This document shows, in pieces, positions 9,121 through 17,091 of a stretch of DNA of 32,000 nt. The stretch comes from Halorhodospira halophila SL1. Its GTDB lineage: Bacteria; Pseudomonadota; Gammaproteobacteria; Nitrococcales; Halorhodospiraceae. Position 1 is the first letter of the stretch; every line of letters begins with the position of its first letter. The notes beneath the pieces were generated by a model that was not told the DNA's origin, did no database searches, and saw only the letters and a list, made by a program, of their open reading frames with translations. A program made the translations under genes and the position numbers. Location: positions 1,620,001-1,652,000 of the forward strand of contig NC_008789.1 of NCBI RefSeq assembly GCF_000015585.1. The letters are read 5' to 3'.

Positions 9121-9765
9121 ATGAGCGAGGACATGAACGACAAGTCGACCAAGAAAACCTCGGAAACGAGCACCAAGAGCAGCACCACCAAATCCACGGG
9201 AAGCACGGCCAAGGCCGGCGCCACCAAGTCCGAGAGCGCCAAGTCCGAGGCTGCCAAGTCGGGCACGGTGGAGACCGCCGCTGAGCAGGGCAGTGCCAGC
9301 AAGGGCACCAGCAGCACGACCGGCAAGGCGAGCAGCTCCGCCTCGACCAGCAGCTCCACGGCCTCGGGCTCTGCGGCTTCCGGCTCCAGCAAGAGCAGCA
9401 GCGACAGCGGCGAGGCCTTCCTCGGCAATTCCGGGCTACCGCGTCACTTCGCCGCCGGTCTGTCCTATGTCGGCGGGCCCATTACGGGTGCCATCTTCCT
9501 GCTGCTCGATCGCGCCGACCCGTTCGTGCGTTTCCACGCCGCACAGTCGCTGGCGATTTCCGCCGTCATTGCCGTGATCTGGATCTGCGTGGCAATCCTC
9601 AACGCCGCCTTCGCCGGGATGCCCCTGGTGTTCTGGGTGGGTCTGATCGGCCTGCTGTTCATGGCCTTCAACGCGTTCCAGAGCAAGGACTGGGAGGTTC
9701 CGGTCCTCGGCGAGTACTCGCAGAAGCTCTCCGACAAGGTGTCGCCTGAGGACAAGACCGACTAA
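9121..9765 (+). CDS. membrane protein with Ser/Thr/Lys-rich disordered N-terminal region and DUF4870/Tic20-like C-terminal membrane domain
   Basis: The ATG at 9121 has GGAGG 8 nt upstream. The track's ATG at 9106 has no RBS. About 100 aa are low complexity (KSTKKTSETSTKSSTTKSTGSTAKAGATKSESAKSEAAKS...SSSASTSSSTASGSAASGSSKSSSDSG). They are followed by 'YVGGPITGAIFLLLDRADPFVRFHAAQSLAISAVIAVIW' and further TM helices. Confidence 0.65.
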   Translation: MSEDMNDKSTKKTSETSTKSSTTKSTGSTAKAGATKSESAKSEAAKSGTVETAAEQGSASKGTSSTTGKASSSASTSSSTASGSAASGSSKSSSDSGEAFLGNSGLPRHFAAGLSYVGGPITGAIFLLLDRADPFVRFHAAQSLAISAVIAVIWICVAILNAAFAGMPLVFWVGLIGLLFMAFNAFQSKDWEVPVLGEYSQKLSDKVSPEDKTD

Positions 9766-9800
9766 CGGTCTTCCCGCGACCCACAAGCTAAGCCAACGAC

Positions 9801-9848
9801 CCCGACTTGCCGGCCCCACCCCGAGCGGCTGGCAAGTCGGGTTTTTTG
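9801..9848 (+). terminator. rho-independent terminator downstream of the 9121-9765 gene
   Basis: A 15-bp GC-rich inverted repeat, cccgacttgccggcc (9801-9815) and ggctggcaagtcggg (9827-9841), with one mismatch. A TTTTTT run at 9842-9847 follows it directly. Confidence 0.8.
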
Positions 9849-9988
9849 TCCCCTGCCACTTCCCCCGCTCGAACCTCCACTACACTTGACTGGTGACGGT
9901 CCAGTATCGCAGCCACTGGCCAGCGTTTAGGTCGATATTCAGATCCGGTGGGATTTTTTCGAAAGGCGCGAGCCGCGGAGGTTGGCAA

Positions 9989-11521
9989 GTGGGTTTAGAG
10001 CAACTCTATCAGCACATTATCCAGCAGCTGCGCGCCTCCTGGCGGCGCCGGTGGTGGCTGATCCCGGTCGCGTGGGCGGTCTGCCTGGTCGGCTGGGCTT
10101 ACATCAACACCTTACCCGATGTCTATCAGTCTTCAAGCCGCGTCTACGTAAACTCTCAGACCGTGCTCGAACCCCTGTTACGCGGTATGACCGTCCGTCC
10201 GGACACAGAGCAGCGCGTCCGCATGATGACTGTAACCCTTCTCAGCAACGACAACCTCAGGGAGATCGCTCGCCAAGCGGATCTCGATGTCCTGCTCAAC
10301 CAGGATAATGAACAAGCGTTGATCGGCACCTTGCGCGGCGGCATTCAATTGGACGGTGGCCGGCGCGATAACATCTACACCATCGCCTTTTCCCACCGGG
10401 ATCCCGAGGTCGCCTATCGGGTCGTCCGCGAGACCTCCAATCTGTTCATGGAGCGCGGCCTTGGCGACTCGCGGGTTGATCTCGCCTCCTCGCAGACGTT
10501 CATCGAGCGACAGCTCCAACGTTACGCCAGTCAGCTGCAGAACAAGGAGGCTGAGCTTGAATCCTTCAAGCGTGAGAACCATTCGCTGCTCAGCGCTGGC
10601 GGCAACTATTACACCCGGCTGGAGCGCGCTCGCGACGCCCTTGAGCAGGCACAGCTCGAGCGGGACGAACACGCCCAACGTTTAGAAACTCTGCAGGCCA
10701 GGCTCGAAAAAGACAGACAATCCCCCATTGCCGAGGACGCGCATTTGAGTAACCCCCGGCTGGACCAACGGATCAGCCGGCTGGAATCCCAGCTCGATGA
10801 GATGCGGCGCCACTTCACGGATGCCCACCCGGACGTCGCCCAAACTCGACGCATCCTCAAGGAGCTTGAGGAGCGGCGCCGTGAAGAAACCCGCATGGCT
10901 CTCGCAGATCCCGCTCGGTCCGTCGAGGGCGTTGTCGGCAGCCCGCTCCGGTTGGCATTGGTTGACGCAGAAAGCCATGCTGCTTCGCTGGAAACCCGCG
11001 TTCAAGAGCATAAGCGGCGCGTGGAGAACATCGCCGCGCTTGTCGATCAGGTTCCTGCCATCGAATCCCGATTCAATGCCTTAAAGCGCGACCACGAGGT
11101 GCTGCAGCAAAGCTATCGCCAACTGCTGACCACCCGCGAGCGGGCCGCCATGACCGGGTCCGTCGAGACCGAGACGGCTGCCGTCGATTTCCGGGTCCTG
11201 GAGCCGCCGACACGGCCGAGTTCGCCGTCCGCACCCGATCGCCCCCTGCTTGCGAGCGGTGTCCTCCTGCTAGGCCTCGGCGCCGGCTCCGGACTGGCCT
11301 ACCTGCTCGCTCAGTTGCGCGGCACCGTCACCTCCACCGCACGCCTGGCGGAGATCACCCGTCGCCCCGTACTGGGCTCGGTCACCCGGGTCCCGACCCC
11401 GAACCGGCGGCGGCGTCAACGGCTCGAGCTCATGATCTTTGCAGGGATCCTCGGAACCCTCTTTGTGGCCTATCTGATGGTGTTGGCGTACTACGGCGGC
11501 GGGGGGTTGTGGCCGTTCTAG
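9989..11521 (+). CDS. PEP-CTERM-locus-type polysaccharide chain-length determinant (EpsF/Wzz-like PCP), orphan paralog without adjacent kinase
   Basis: Collinear over its full length with the EpsF at 28674-30218: shared 'LRA(S/T)WRRRWW..P.AW.VC..GWAYI..LPD.Y..SS.VYV', 'GMTVRPD.EQR', 'NLREIARQADLD', 'DPEVAYRVVR', 'LFMERGLGD', 'HPDVA.T.R.L', 'VDFRVL.PP', plus a C-terminal RRRR+TM. The start is placed at the GTG at 9989, which has GGAGG 7 nt upstream and aligns with the paralog's N-terminus. The track start at 9893 adds 32 unaligned residues. Confidence 0.8.
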   Translation: MGLEQLYQHIIQQLRASWRRRWWLIPVAWAVCLVGWAYINTLPDVYQSSSRVYVNSQTVLEPLLRGMTVRPDTEQRVRMMTVTLLSNDNLREIARQADLDVLLNQDNEQALIGTLRGGIQLDGGRRDNIYTIAFSHRDPEVAYRVVRETSNLFMERGLGDSRVDLASSQTFIERQLQRYASQLQNKEAELESFKRENHSLLSAGGNYYTRLERARDALEQAQLERDEHAQRLETLQARLEKDRQSPIAEDAHLSNPRLDQRISRLESQLDEMRRHFTDAHPDVAQTRRILKELEERRREETRMALADPARSVEGVVGSPLRLALVDAESHAASLETRVQEHKRRVENIAALVDQVPAIESRFNALKRDHEVLQQSYRQLLTTRERAAMTGSVETETAAVDFRVLEPPTRPSSPSAPDRPLLASGVLLLGLGAGSGLAYLLAQLRGTVTSTARLAEITRRPVLGSVTRVPTPNRRRRQRLELMIFAGILGTLFVAYLMVLAYYGGGGLWPF

Positions 11522-13263
11522 GCCAGGGTGCGGACGATCTGCCAGCTGTAATCGCGGGCCGGCCAGCGCAGGGGCTCAGGATCGCAGCCGGCCACGGCGC
11601 GACCCAGACTGCAATGGGCCTCGCCCCCCGCCGCCTCTCCGTCTAACGGAGCAGACGCCGAGGGGCACGGCGTCAAGGACCAGCCCCCCGGGTTCAACAC
11701 CCGTGCACCTGAGTCCGGCTGGCCCAACAAGGTCCAACGCGCAATCAGGTGACGGTTGTCCCCATCCCAGACCATCTCCACGCGCCAGCTGTGACCCGCC
11801 AGACGAGGCGGTGAGGCGCCCTGGCGCCGCTGCCAGGCACCACCGAGGAGCCGCCAATCGATGGCGTCCCGGATCCGTTCCCTCCAGGAGCCGGCGCGCG
11901 GCCGGCACAGCGCTACGGGGGCACCCTCGCCCCACCAACGCAGCCCCACAGCCGTCGATGCCCACCCGGTGCGTTCAAAAAGCAGGGGACCGTACAGCTC
12001 GCCCCCATCGAGCACCAGCGGCACCCACCCGGCCTGCCGCGGCTCGGCCAGCCAGTCGGATCGAGGGCGCCGCGTCGCGCTTGGAAGGACCGGCTGCCCC
12101 GCTACCTCCAGGTGAAAGGCCTGCCCCGCCGCCGATCGCAGATCCCCTTCGCCCCGGCTATAGCCCTGCACCGCCTGACCCTTGAGGTTCACACAGACGG
12201 TCCAGTCATCGCCATCGGCCCGCAGAAGCCCCGCCGCCCGGTCTTCCCGGGGCGCTCGCTCTGCCGAACCACCGAGATTGAACTCGCACACCGGTGCGCG
12301 ACCGGCGACCAGCGCCTCATCGCCGTCGGCCACCAGGCTGAGTAAGCCGGCCGTCCAAGCGTTGTAGACGCTCAAGTGCATATACCGGTCCCACCCCCCT
12401 TCAGCGCCGCTGCGACACGCCGGCGTCAGCCACAGAAGTCCATCCTCCCGCCTTTGGCGCTCCAGACGCTGGCGCAGGGCTTCGAGCAGCACCACCCCGG
12501 AGTGGCCCCTCTCCAGGCCATCGCCGCCGGACGACAAAACGCCGCCGAGCACCGCCATCAGGCAGGCGTCCCCGAAGAGGGCGTGATTGCTCCGTCCGAG
12601 GCCACCGCAATACCCCCCTCGCGTCGCTACCAGATCCAGCCAGGACCATCCGCGCTCGAGCAGGGCGCGGAGCCGCGGGTGATCGACCCGGCACACCGCC
12701 AGCCAGAGGCAGAGCAGCGCTTTCACATGGTAGGCCACCGGGGTCGCAACCCGACCACCGCTCCCAGCCGGAAAATCCACGAAGCCCCCGGCCGAGGTCA
12801 TCCAGCGCTCGGTCAGGGCAGCCAACCGTTCCGCGCGGCGTTGACGAAGAAACGGCGTCTCCGCCTCAAGGAGGCGAACCGTAGCGGCGAGCAGGGTCCA
12901 GTTGTTCGACGGATAGCGCCTGCGCAAGCGGCATCCGCGAAGCGCGCGGCGTACGCGATCCCGATCGGCCTGCTGCGCGCCTTCGCGCTCAAGCCGACTC
13001 TCCAGCAGCCGAAGCCCAAGGCGATTGAAGGGCTCGTGGCCGCGCTGCGCAACCGGTAGCGCCGTCCAGGCATCCAGCGGCCGCCGCCAATCCCCGAACT
13101 GCGGGTGCACGTGTAGTGCGAGTGCGGCGAAGATCGGCGCATAATGATCGGTCGGTGTCCAGCCGTCCAGGGTGTCCGGCTCGCGCAACCGGCCGTCCGG
13201 CTCCAGATAGGCAGCCAGACCGCCAACCCAAGGCTCCAGCCAAGCCCGCTCGATCACCGGCAC
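11518..13263 (-). CDS. hypothetical soluble protein, last gene of the eps operon (possibly alpha/alpha-toroid plus beta-sandwich, heparinase II/III-like; function uncertain)
   Basis: 581-aa ORF whose GTG start overlaps the upstream GT4 gene by 10 nt. No TM helices and no signal peptide are evident. The N-terminal half is helical and Trp/Leu-rich (e.g. 'SNHALFGDACLMAVLGG', 'YMHLSVYNAWTAGLLSL'). The C-terminal half is beta-like ('TVCVNLKGQAVQGYS', 'FHLEVAGQPVLPS'). The coding call is solid; the functional call is weak. Confidence 0.55.
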   Translation of the reverse strand: MPVIERAWLEPWVGGLAAYLEPDGRLREPDTLDGWTPTDHYAPIFAALALHVHPQFGDWRRPLDAWTALPVAQRGHEPFNRLGLRLLESRLEREGAQQADRDRVRRALRGCRLRRRYPSNNWTLLAATVRLLEAETPFLRQRRAERLAALTERWMTSAGGFVDFPAGSGGRVATPVAYHVKALLCLWLAVCRVDHPRLRALLERGWSWLDLVATRGGYCGGLGRSNHALFGDACLMAVLGGVLSSGGDGLERGHSGVVLLEALRQRLERQRREDGLLWLTPACRSGAEGGWDRYMHLSVYNAWTAGLLSLVADGDEALVAGRAPVCEFNLGGSAERAPREDRAAGLLRADGDDWTVCVNLKGQAVQGYSRGEGDLRSAAGQAFHLEVAGQPVLPSATRRPRSDWLAEPRQAGWVPLVLDGGELYGPLLFERTGWASTAVGLRWWGEGAPVALCRPRAGSWRERIRDAIDWRLLGGAWQRRQGASPPRLAGHSWRVEMVWDGDNRHLIARWTLLGQPDSGARVLNPGGWSLTPCPSASAPLDGEAAGGEAHCSLGRAVAGCDPEPLRWPARDYSWQIVRTLA

Positions 13264-14531
13264 GGACCCTCCCCGCCCCCGCCGGCAGGCCGACGCGCAC
13301 CCTGCCCGGCGCCGTCAGCGGCGGCCTCGAGCTTGTCCACCAAGGAGGGGATCCGGGTCTGCCAGGCGTTCGCCTGCGCGTAGTCCAGGATCACCTGCCG
13401 ATCCCAGTCATACGCCAGGGCCTCAACAATGGCCCGGCGCAGCGCCTCCGTATCCCCGAACGGCACCAGCGTCCCGAGCTGGTCGTGAGCGATCACCTCG
13501 GCGTTACCCCCGACATCGGTGGTCACCGTAGGCAGCCCGCAGGCGGCCGCCTCGAGGAAGACATTCGCCCACCCTTCGAAACGGGTGGGGAGCACGAAAA
13601 GGTCCGCCGCCGCGTAGTAAAAGCGAAGGCGCTCCGAGGCCACCGCACCGGCAAAGTGCACACGCTCCGCCACCCCCAGATCTTTTGCCAGATCCCGCAG
13701 GCGCTGTTCGTCATTGCCGTCGGGGCTCCCCCCTCCCACAGCCAGGTAGTGGAGGTCGCCGATCTGCTCGTCCAGGGACGGCATCAGCTCGATCACCCGA
13801 TGAAACCCCTTGCGCTCGTTCAGCGTCCCGACCGTAATCAACACTTGGGCACGCTCCGGGATCCCGAGCGCTCGCCGGCAGGCCATCCGATCCTCAGGCC
13901 CGAATAGCGCCAGGTTGATCCCGTTCGGAACGACCTCCACGGACCGCTGCGGCTCCATCCCCAGCGCCACACTGCGCAGCGACTCCGAAACCGAGAAGAC
14001 CCGCGCGGCATGGCGTAGCGCTCGCCGCGCCAGGAAACGGCGCACCCGGGTGCGCGAGATCCGCACGATGGTCCCCCGCAGGGTCACCGTGTAAGGGCAG
14101 CCCAGCCACCAAGCGGCGAGCCAGGCGGCCACCCCGTCCGGGTAGATGAAATGCGCGTCGAGCAAATCGAGCTGACCCCTTCGGCGCAGCCGCCGCAGGG
14201 TGGGCAACGCCCCGAGGGCCTGGAACAGACCGTCGAGGCTTTTCAGCACACCCGGCAGGCAGAGGAAACGCGGGTGGTAGACGGTCGTCCCGGCTTGTTC
14301 CTCGCAATACGCCACAGAGGGCCGATACCACGGCCTCCAGCGCCGGACGATACCCTCCCCCGGAAACCAAGGTACCGGTGCCACCACAACCACCGGCAGG
14401 GAATCGGCCACCCGGGTCATACGCTCGCGCACGAAGACCCCGAAGGTGGGCTGCGCCTCGTTGGGGTAAACGCGGGTGAAGACCACCACGCGCGGCCCTT
14501 GCCGGCGATCCGATACTTGGCCGCCCGTCAC
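13254..14531 (-). CDS. GT4-family (GT-B, retaining) glycosyltransferase
   Basis: 425 aa, with a GTG start 2 nt after the upstream gene's stop. The C-terminal 'LFVLPTRFEGWANVFLEAAACGLPTVTTDVGGNAEVI' is the EX7E glycosyltransferase group-1 signature. Confidence 0.8.
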   Translation of the reverse strand: MTGGQVSDRRQGPRVVVFTRVYPNEAQPTFGVFVRERMTRVADSLPVVVVAPVPWFPGEGIVRRWRPWYRPSVAYCEEQAGTTVYHPRFLCLPGVLKSLDGLFQALGALPTLRRLRRRGQLDLLDAHFIYPDGVAAWLAAWWLGCPYTVTLRGTIVRISRTRVRRFLARRALRHAARVFSVSESLRSVALGMEPQRSVEVVPNGINLALFGPEDRMACRRALGIPERAQVLITVGTLNERKGFHRVIELMPSLDEQIGDLHYLAVGGGSPDGNDEQRLRDLAKDLGVAERVHFAGAVASERLRFYYAAADLFVLPTRFEGWANVFLEAAACGLPTVTTDVGGNAEVIAHDQLGTLVPFGDTEALRRAIVEALAYDWDRQVILDYAQANAWQTRIPSLVDKLEAAADGAGQGARRPAGGGGEGPCR

Positions 14532-14533
14532 GG

Positions 14534-15781
14534 CTACGACACCCCCTCGGGAACGCGCCGACCGTTAGCAGCCTCGGCCGCCGTGATCACGCGTCGTGCA
14601 TTCTCGAGCCAGGTGTAGCCGTGCTGGTGGATCCGGTGGGCGCCGTTCCCGGCCAGGGTCTCTCGGGCCGCAGGGTCTTCGAGCAGTTCGACCAGGCGGT
14701 CCGCAAGGGCCTGCCAGTTGTTGGGCGGGAAGAGGCGTGCGGTCACCCCGTCCTCGACGACTTCGCGGATATTGGGCCGATCCGGGGCAACCACCGCTCG
14801 GCCGACACCCAGATACTCGAAGAGCTTGATCGGTGAGGCGTAGGCGGTCACGTCGGGCTGCACGGCAACATCCAAGGCAGCGATGTGTGCCGGGATCTCC
14901 GAGCGCTCGACCGGCCCAGTGAAGACCACCCGCTTGGTAATCCCCAGCGCTTCGGCCTGTCGCTGCAGCGCCGGTACCGCGGGGCCGTCGCCAACAATCA
15001 ACAACCGCGCCGCACTCCCGCCGTGCAGCCGCGGCGCCATCGCCTCCAGCAACCCATCCACGCCGTGCCATGGGCGGATCCAGCCGACGAAGCCCACCAC
15101 CTGGCAGCCCGTCAGCCCGTAGCGTGCCCGGATGGCATCGCCATCGACCCCGGGATGGAAGACCGAGCCGTCCACCCCGTTGGGCAACACCAGCAGCCGC
15201 CCTTCCGGCACGCCACGCTCGATAAAGATCCGCGCCATGGCGTGACTAACCACCACCGTGCGGGTTGCCGATCGACAGAGCCAGTCTTCGATCCACTGCG
15301 CCGCCCGGCGCCAGACCAGCCCCCCGTGGGCCTCAAGCTCGAGGCTGAGCGGCGCATTGACCTCGAGGATGAAGGGGCGACGGATCAGCCGGGCCACCAA
15401 CAGTCCCGCGAAGGAGAACAGCGAATACCGTTCGTAGATCAGATCGGGGCGCCGTGCCAGCACACGCGCGAGGAGCAGGGCGAACGCCGGGCCGTTGTAG
15501 GCCAGTGCCAGCAGCTCATAGAGCCAGTGCGGGATCGCCCGACCGGCCAGGGTCGGACCGGCTTCGGCGGCCGCTTCCCGTTGCCCGGCCCCCTCCCCCT
15601 GCCCATCCTTTTCGATGCGCTCAGAGCGCGACCCTCGTGCTCTTCCCGGTGTTCGCCGCAACGATCGCGGCTCGACGATATCCACGGTATGGCCAAGCGC
15701 GCGAAACGCATCGACCAGCGCGCGGATGTGCACGCCCTGCGCGTCCTCGGCCCGGGTGCGATGGTGGTAGAGAATCCTCAC
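14534..15781 (-). CDS. GT4-family glycosyltransferase
   Basis: 415 aa. The GTG start forms a GTGA overlap with the stop of the upstream PaaK-like gene. Signatures: 'MRILYHHRTRAEDAQGVHIRALVDAFRALGH', the nucleotide-sugar-binding half 'VGFVGWIRPWHGVDGLLEA', and 'IKLFEYLGVGRAVVAPD'. Confidence 0.75.
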   Translation of the reverse strand: MRILYHHRTRAEDAQGVHIRALVDAFRALGHTVDIVEPRSLRRTPGRARGSRSERIEKDGQGEGAGQREAAAEAGPTLAGRAIPHWLYELLALAYNGPAFALLLARVLARRPDLIYERYSLFSFAGLLVARLIRRPFILEVNAPLSLELEAHGGLVWRRAAQWIEDWLCRSATRTVVVSHAMARIFIERGVPEGRLLVLPNGVDGSVFHPGVDGDAIRARYGLTGCQVVGFVGWIRPWHGVDGLLEAMAPRLHGGSAARLLIVGDGPAVPALQRQAEALGITKRVVFTGPVERSEIPAHIAALDVAVQPDVTAYASPIKLFEYLGVGRAVVAPDRPNIREVVEDGVTARLFPPNNWQALADRLVELLEDPAARETLAGNGAHRIHQHGYTWLENARRVITAAEAANGRRVPEGVS

Positions 15782-17091
15782 GGCTCAAGCGCCTCGCTTT
15801 CCACCCAGCGATACTTCCCGGACGCACTCGGCGGTATCACGGAAACCCGCTCGAAACGCACCGGCACCTCCATCCCGAGGGTCCGACGCAGGCCCTCTGC
15901 CACCTGACGCGCCTCGGCCTCCCCCCAATCGGCATCGGCAACCACCTGGATATCCAGGCTCCGGTCCGTTCGCTGCACAAGCCGGTATTGCACCACCTGC
16001 GGCACTTCCCGGAGCACATAGTTCGCCGCTGAGCCGTGGATCCGACGTCCCTCCGCCCCCACGAGGAAATCATTGCGACGCCCCTCTAACCGGTCGAGCA
16101 CCGGCAGCGGCGAGCCGCAGGGACAGGCTCCAGCGCTGACCCGGCCTCGATCCCCGACGCGGTAGCGGATCAGGGGCATGCCGAAACCGTCCAGGTTGGT
16201 GATCAGCAGATCGCCCACCCCGGAGGCGTCCGGCGCGTCCACCTCCACCCATACGTGCTCGGCGGCGATGTGCAGTCGCCCCTCACGACACTCATGGGCG
16301 GTCAGCCCGGCATCCCTAGACCCGTACTCATTGGCCACCGGCGGCGCTCCCAAGCCCGCTGTAATCGCCTCGCGCAGCTGCGGATAGAGCATCTCGGAGG
16401 TGCAGACGACCAAATCGGGTCGCCACCCCCCTAGCAGTCGCGGGTGATCCGCCGCATGGCGTGCCACCCGGGCGATGACCGTCGGGTAGCCGTAAACAAG
16501 GTGGGGGCGGAACCGGCCGAGGAAGCGCAAATAAGCCTCCAACCGATCCGGGCTCAGATCGTGCGCCGAACACAGCGCCTGGTTGAGCAGATACTGATCC
16601 TTGAACCGGCGAAACCGCGACGACTTGTTCAACTCGACGGGGGATCCCCAGAAATCCACTTGCCGATCCCCTGGGCGCACCCCGAACCAAGTGCGAAAAC
16701 GCAGCTTATGGGCGTTATGCCGGGTCTCCTTGACCGGATCGGTCCAGAACGTGAGCGGACGCCCCGAAGATCCGCCGGTGGACGAGGGCAGGAGCCTGCC
16801 CGGGTAGTGATCGCTACACAGCGCATCGCCGTGCTCGCGCACGGTATCCCGCTCGAGCACTGGGAAATCGGTGACCTCCAGGGCCCCGTTAGCGGGCAGC
16901 CGCGCCCGATAGAACGGCACCCGATCCCGACAGTGCTCCAGGAGGGCCGCCAGCTTCTCGCGACGCAGCCGGTACACCGCGTCGGGGTGCTGCTCGCCCC
17001 GACGCAGGGCCGCCAGTTCGGCGAGGGTTGCCCGGCCACGCAGCCGCTCATGGGCGGGCAACAGGAGCCCACGGACCAGCCAGGGGGTCAC
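15778..17091 (-). CDS. phenylacetate-CoA-ligase/CapK-like adenylate-forming enzyme
   Basis: The P-loop-like motif 'SSTGGSSGRPLTFW', plus 'EMLYPQLREAI', 'ANEYGSRDAG', 'GMPLIRYRVGDRG' and the C-terminal 'SASGKYRWV' fit the PaaK/F390-synthetase/CapK family. The start is placed at the GTG at 17091, which forms a GTGA overlap with the AsnB stop. The track start at 17145 would overlap asnB by 58 nt. Confidence 0.7.
   Translation of the reverse strand: MTPWLVRGLLLPAHERLRGRATLAELAALRRGEQHPDAVYRLRREKLAALLEHCRDRVPFYRARLPANGALEVTDFPVLERDTVREHGDALCSDHYPGRLLPSSTGGSSGRPLTFWTDPVKETRHNAHKLRFRTWFGVRPGDRQVDFWGSPVELNKSSRFRRFKDQYLLNQALCSAHDLSPDRLEAYLRFLGRFRPHLVYGYPTVIARVARHAADHPRLLGGWRPDLVVCTSEMLYPQLREAITAGLGAPPVANEYGSRDAGLTAHECREGRLHIAAEHVWVEVDAPDASGVGDLLITNLDGFGMPLIRYRVGDRGRVSAGACPCGSPLPVLDRLEGRRNDFLVGAEGRRIHGSAANYVLREVPQVVQYRLVQRTDRSLDIQVVADADWGEAEARQVAEGLRRTLGMEVPVRFERVSVIPPSASGKYRWVESEALEP

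Noticed and set aside
9917-9932. Sigma-54-like TGGCCAG-N4-TAGGT upstream of the orphan epsF paralog
   Set aside because: The invariant -12 GC dinucleotide is replaced by GG, and the -24 element is also imperfect.
9893-9988. Upstream GTG start for the orphan EpsF paralog, adding 32 residues
   Set aside because: The extension has no counterpart in the paralog at 28674-30218. The GTG at 9989 has a GGAGG RBS and aligns with the paralog's N-terminus.
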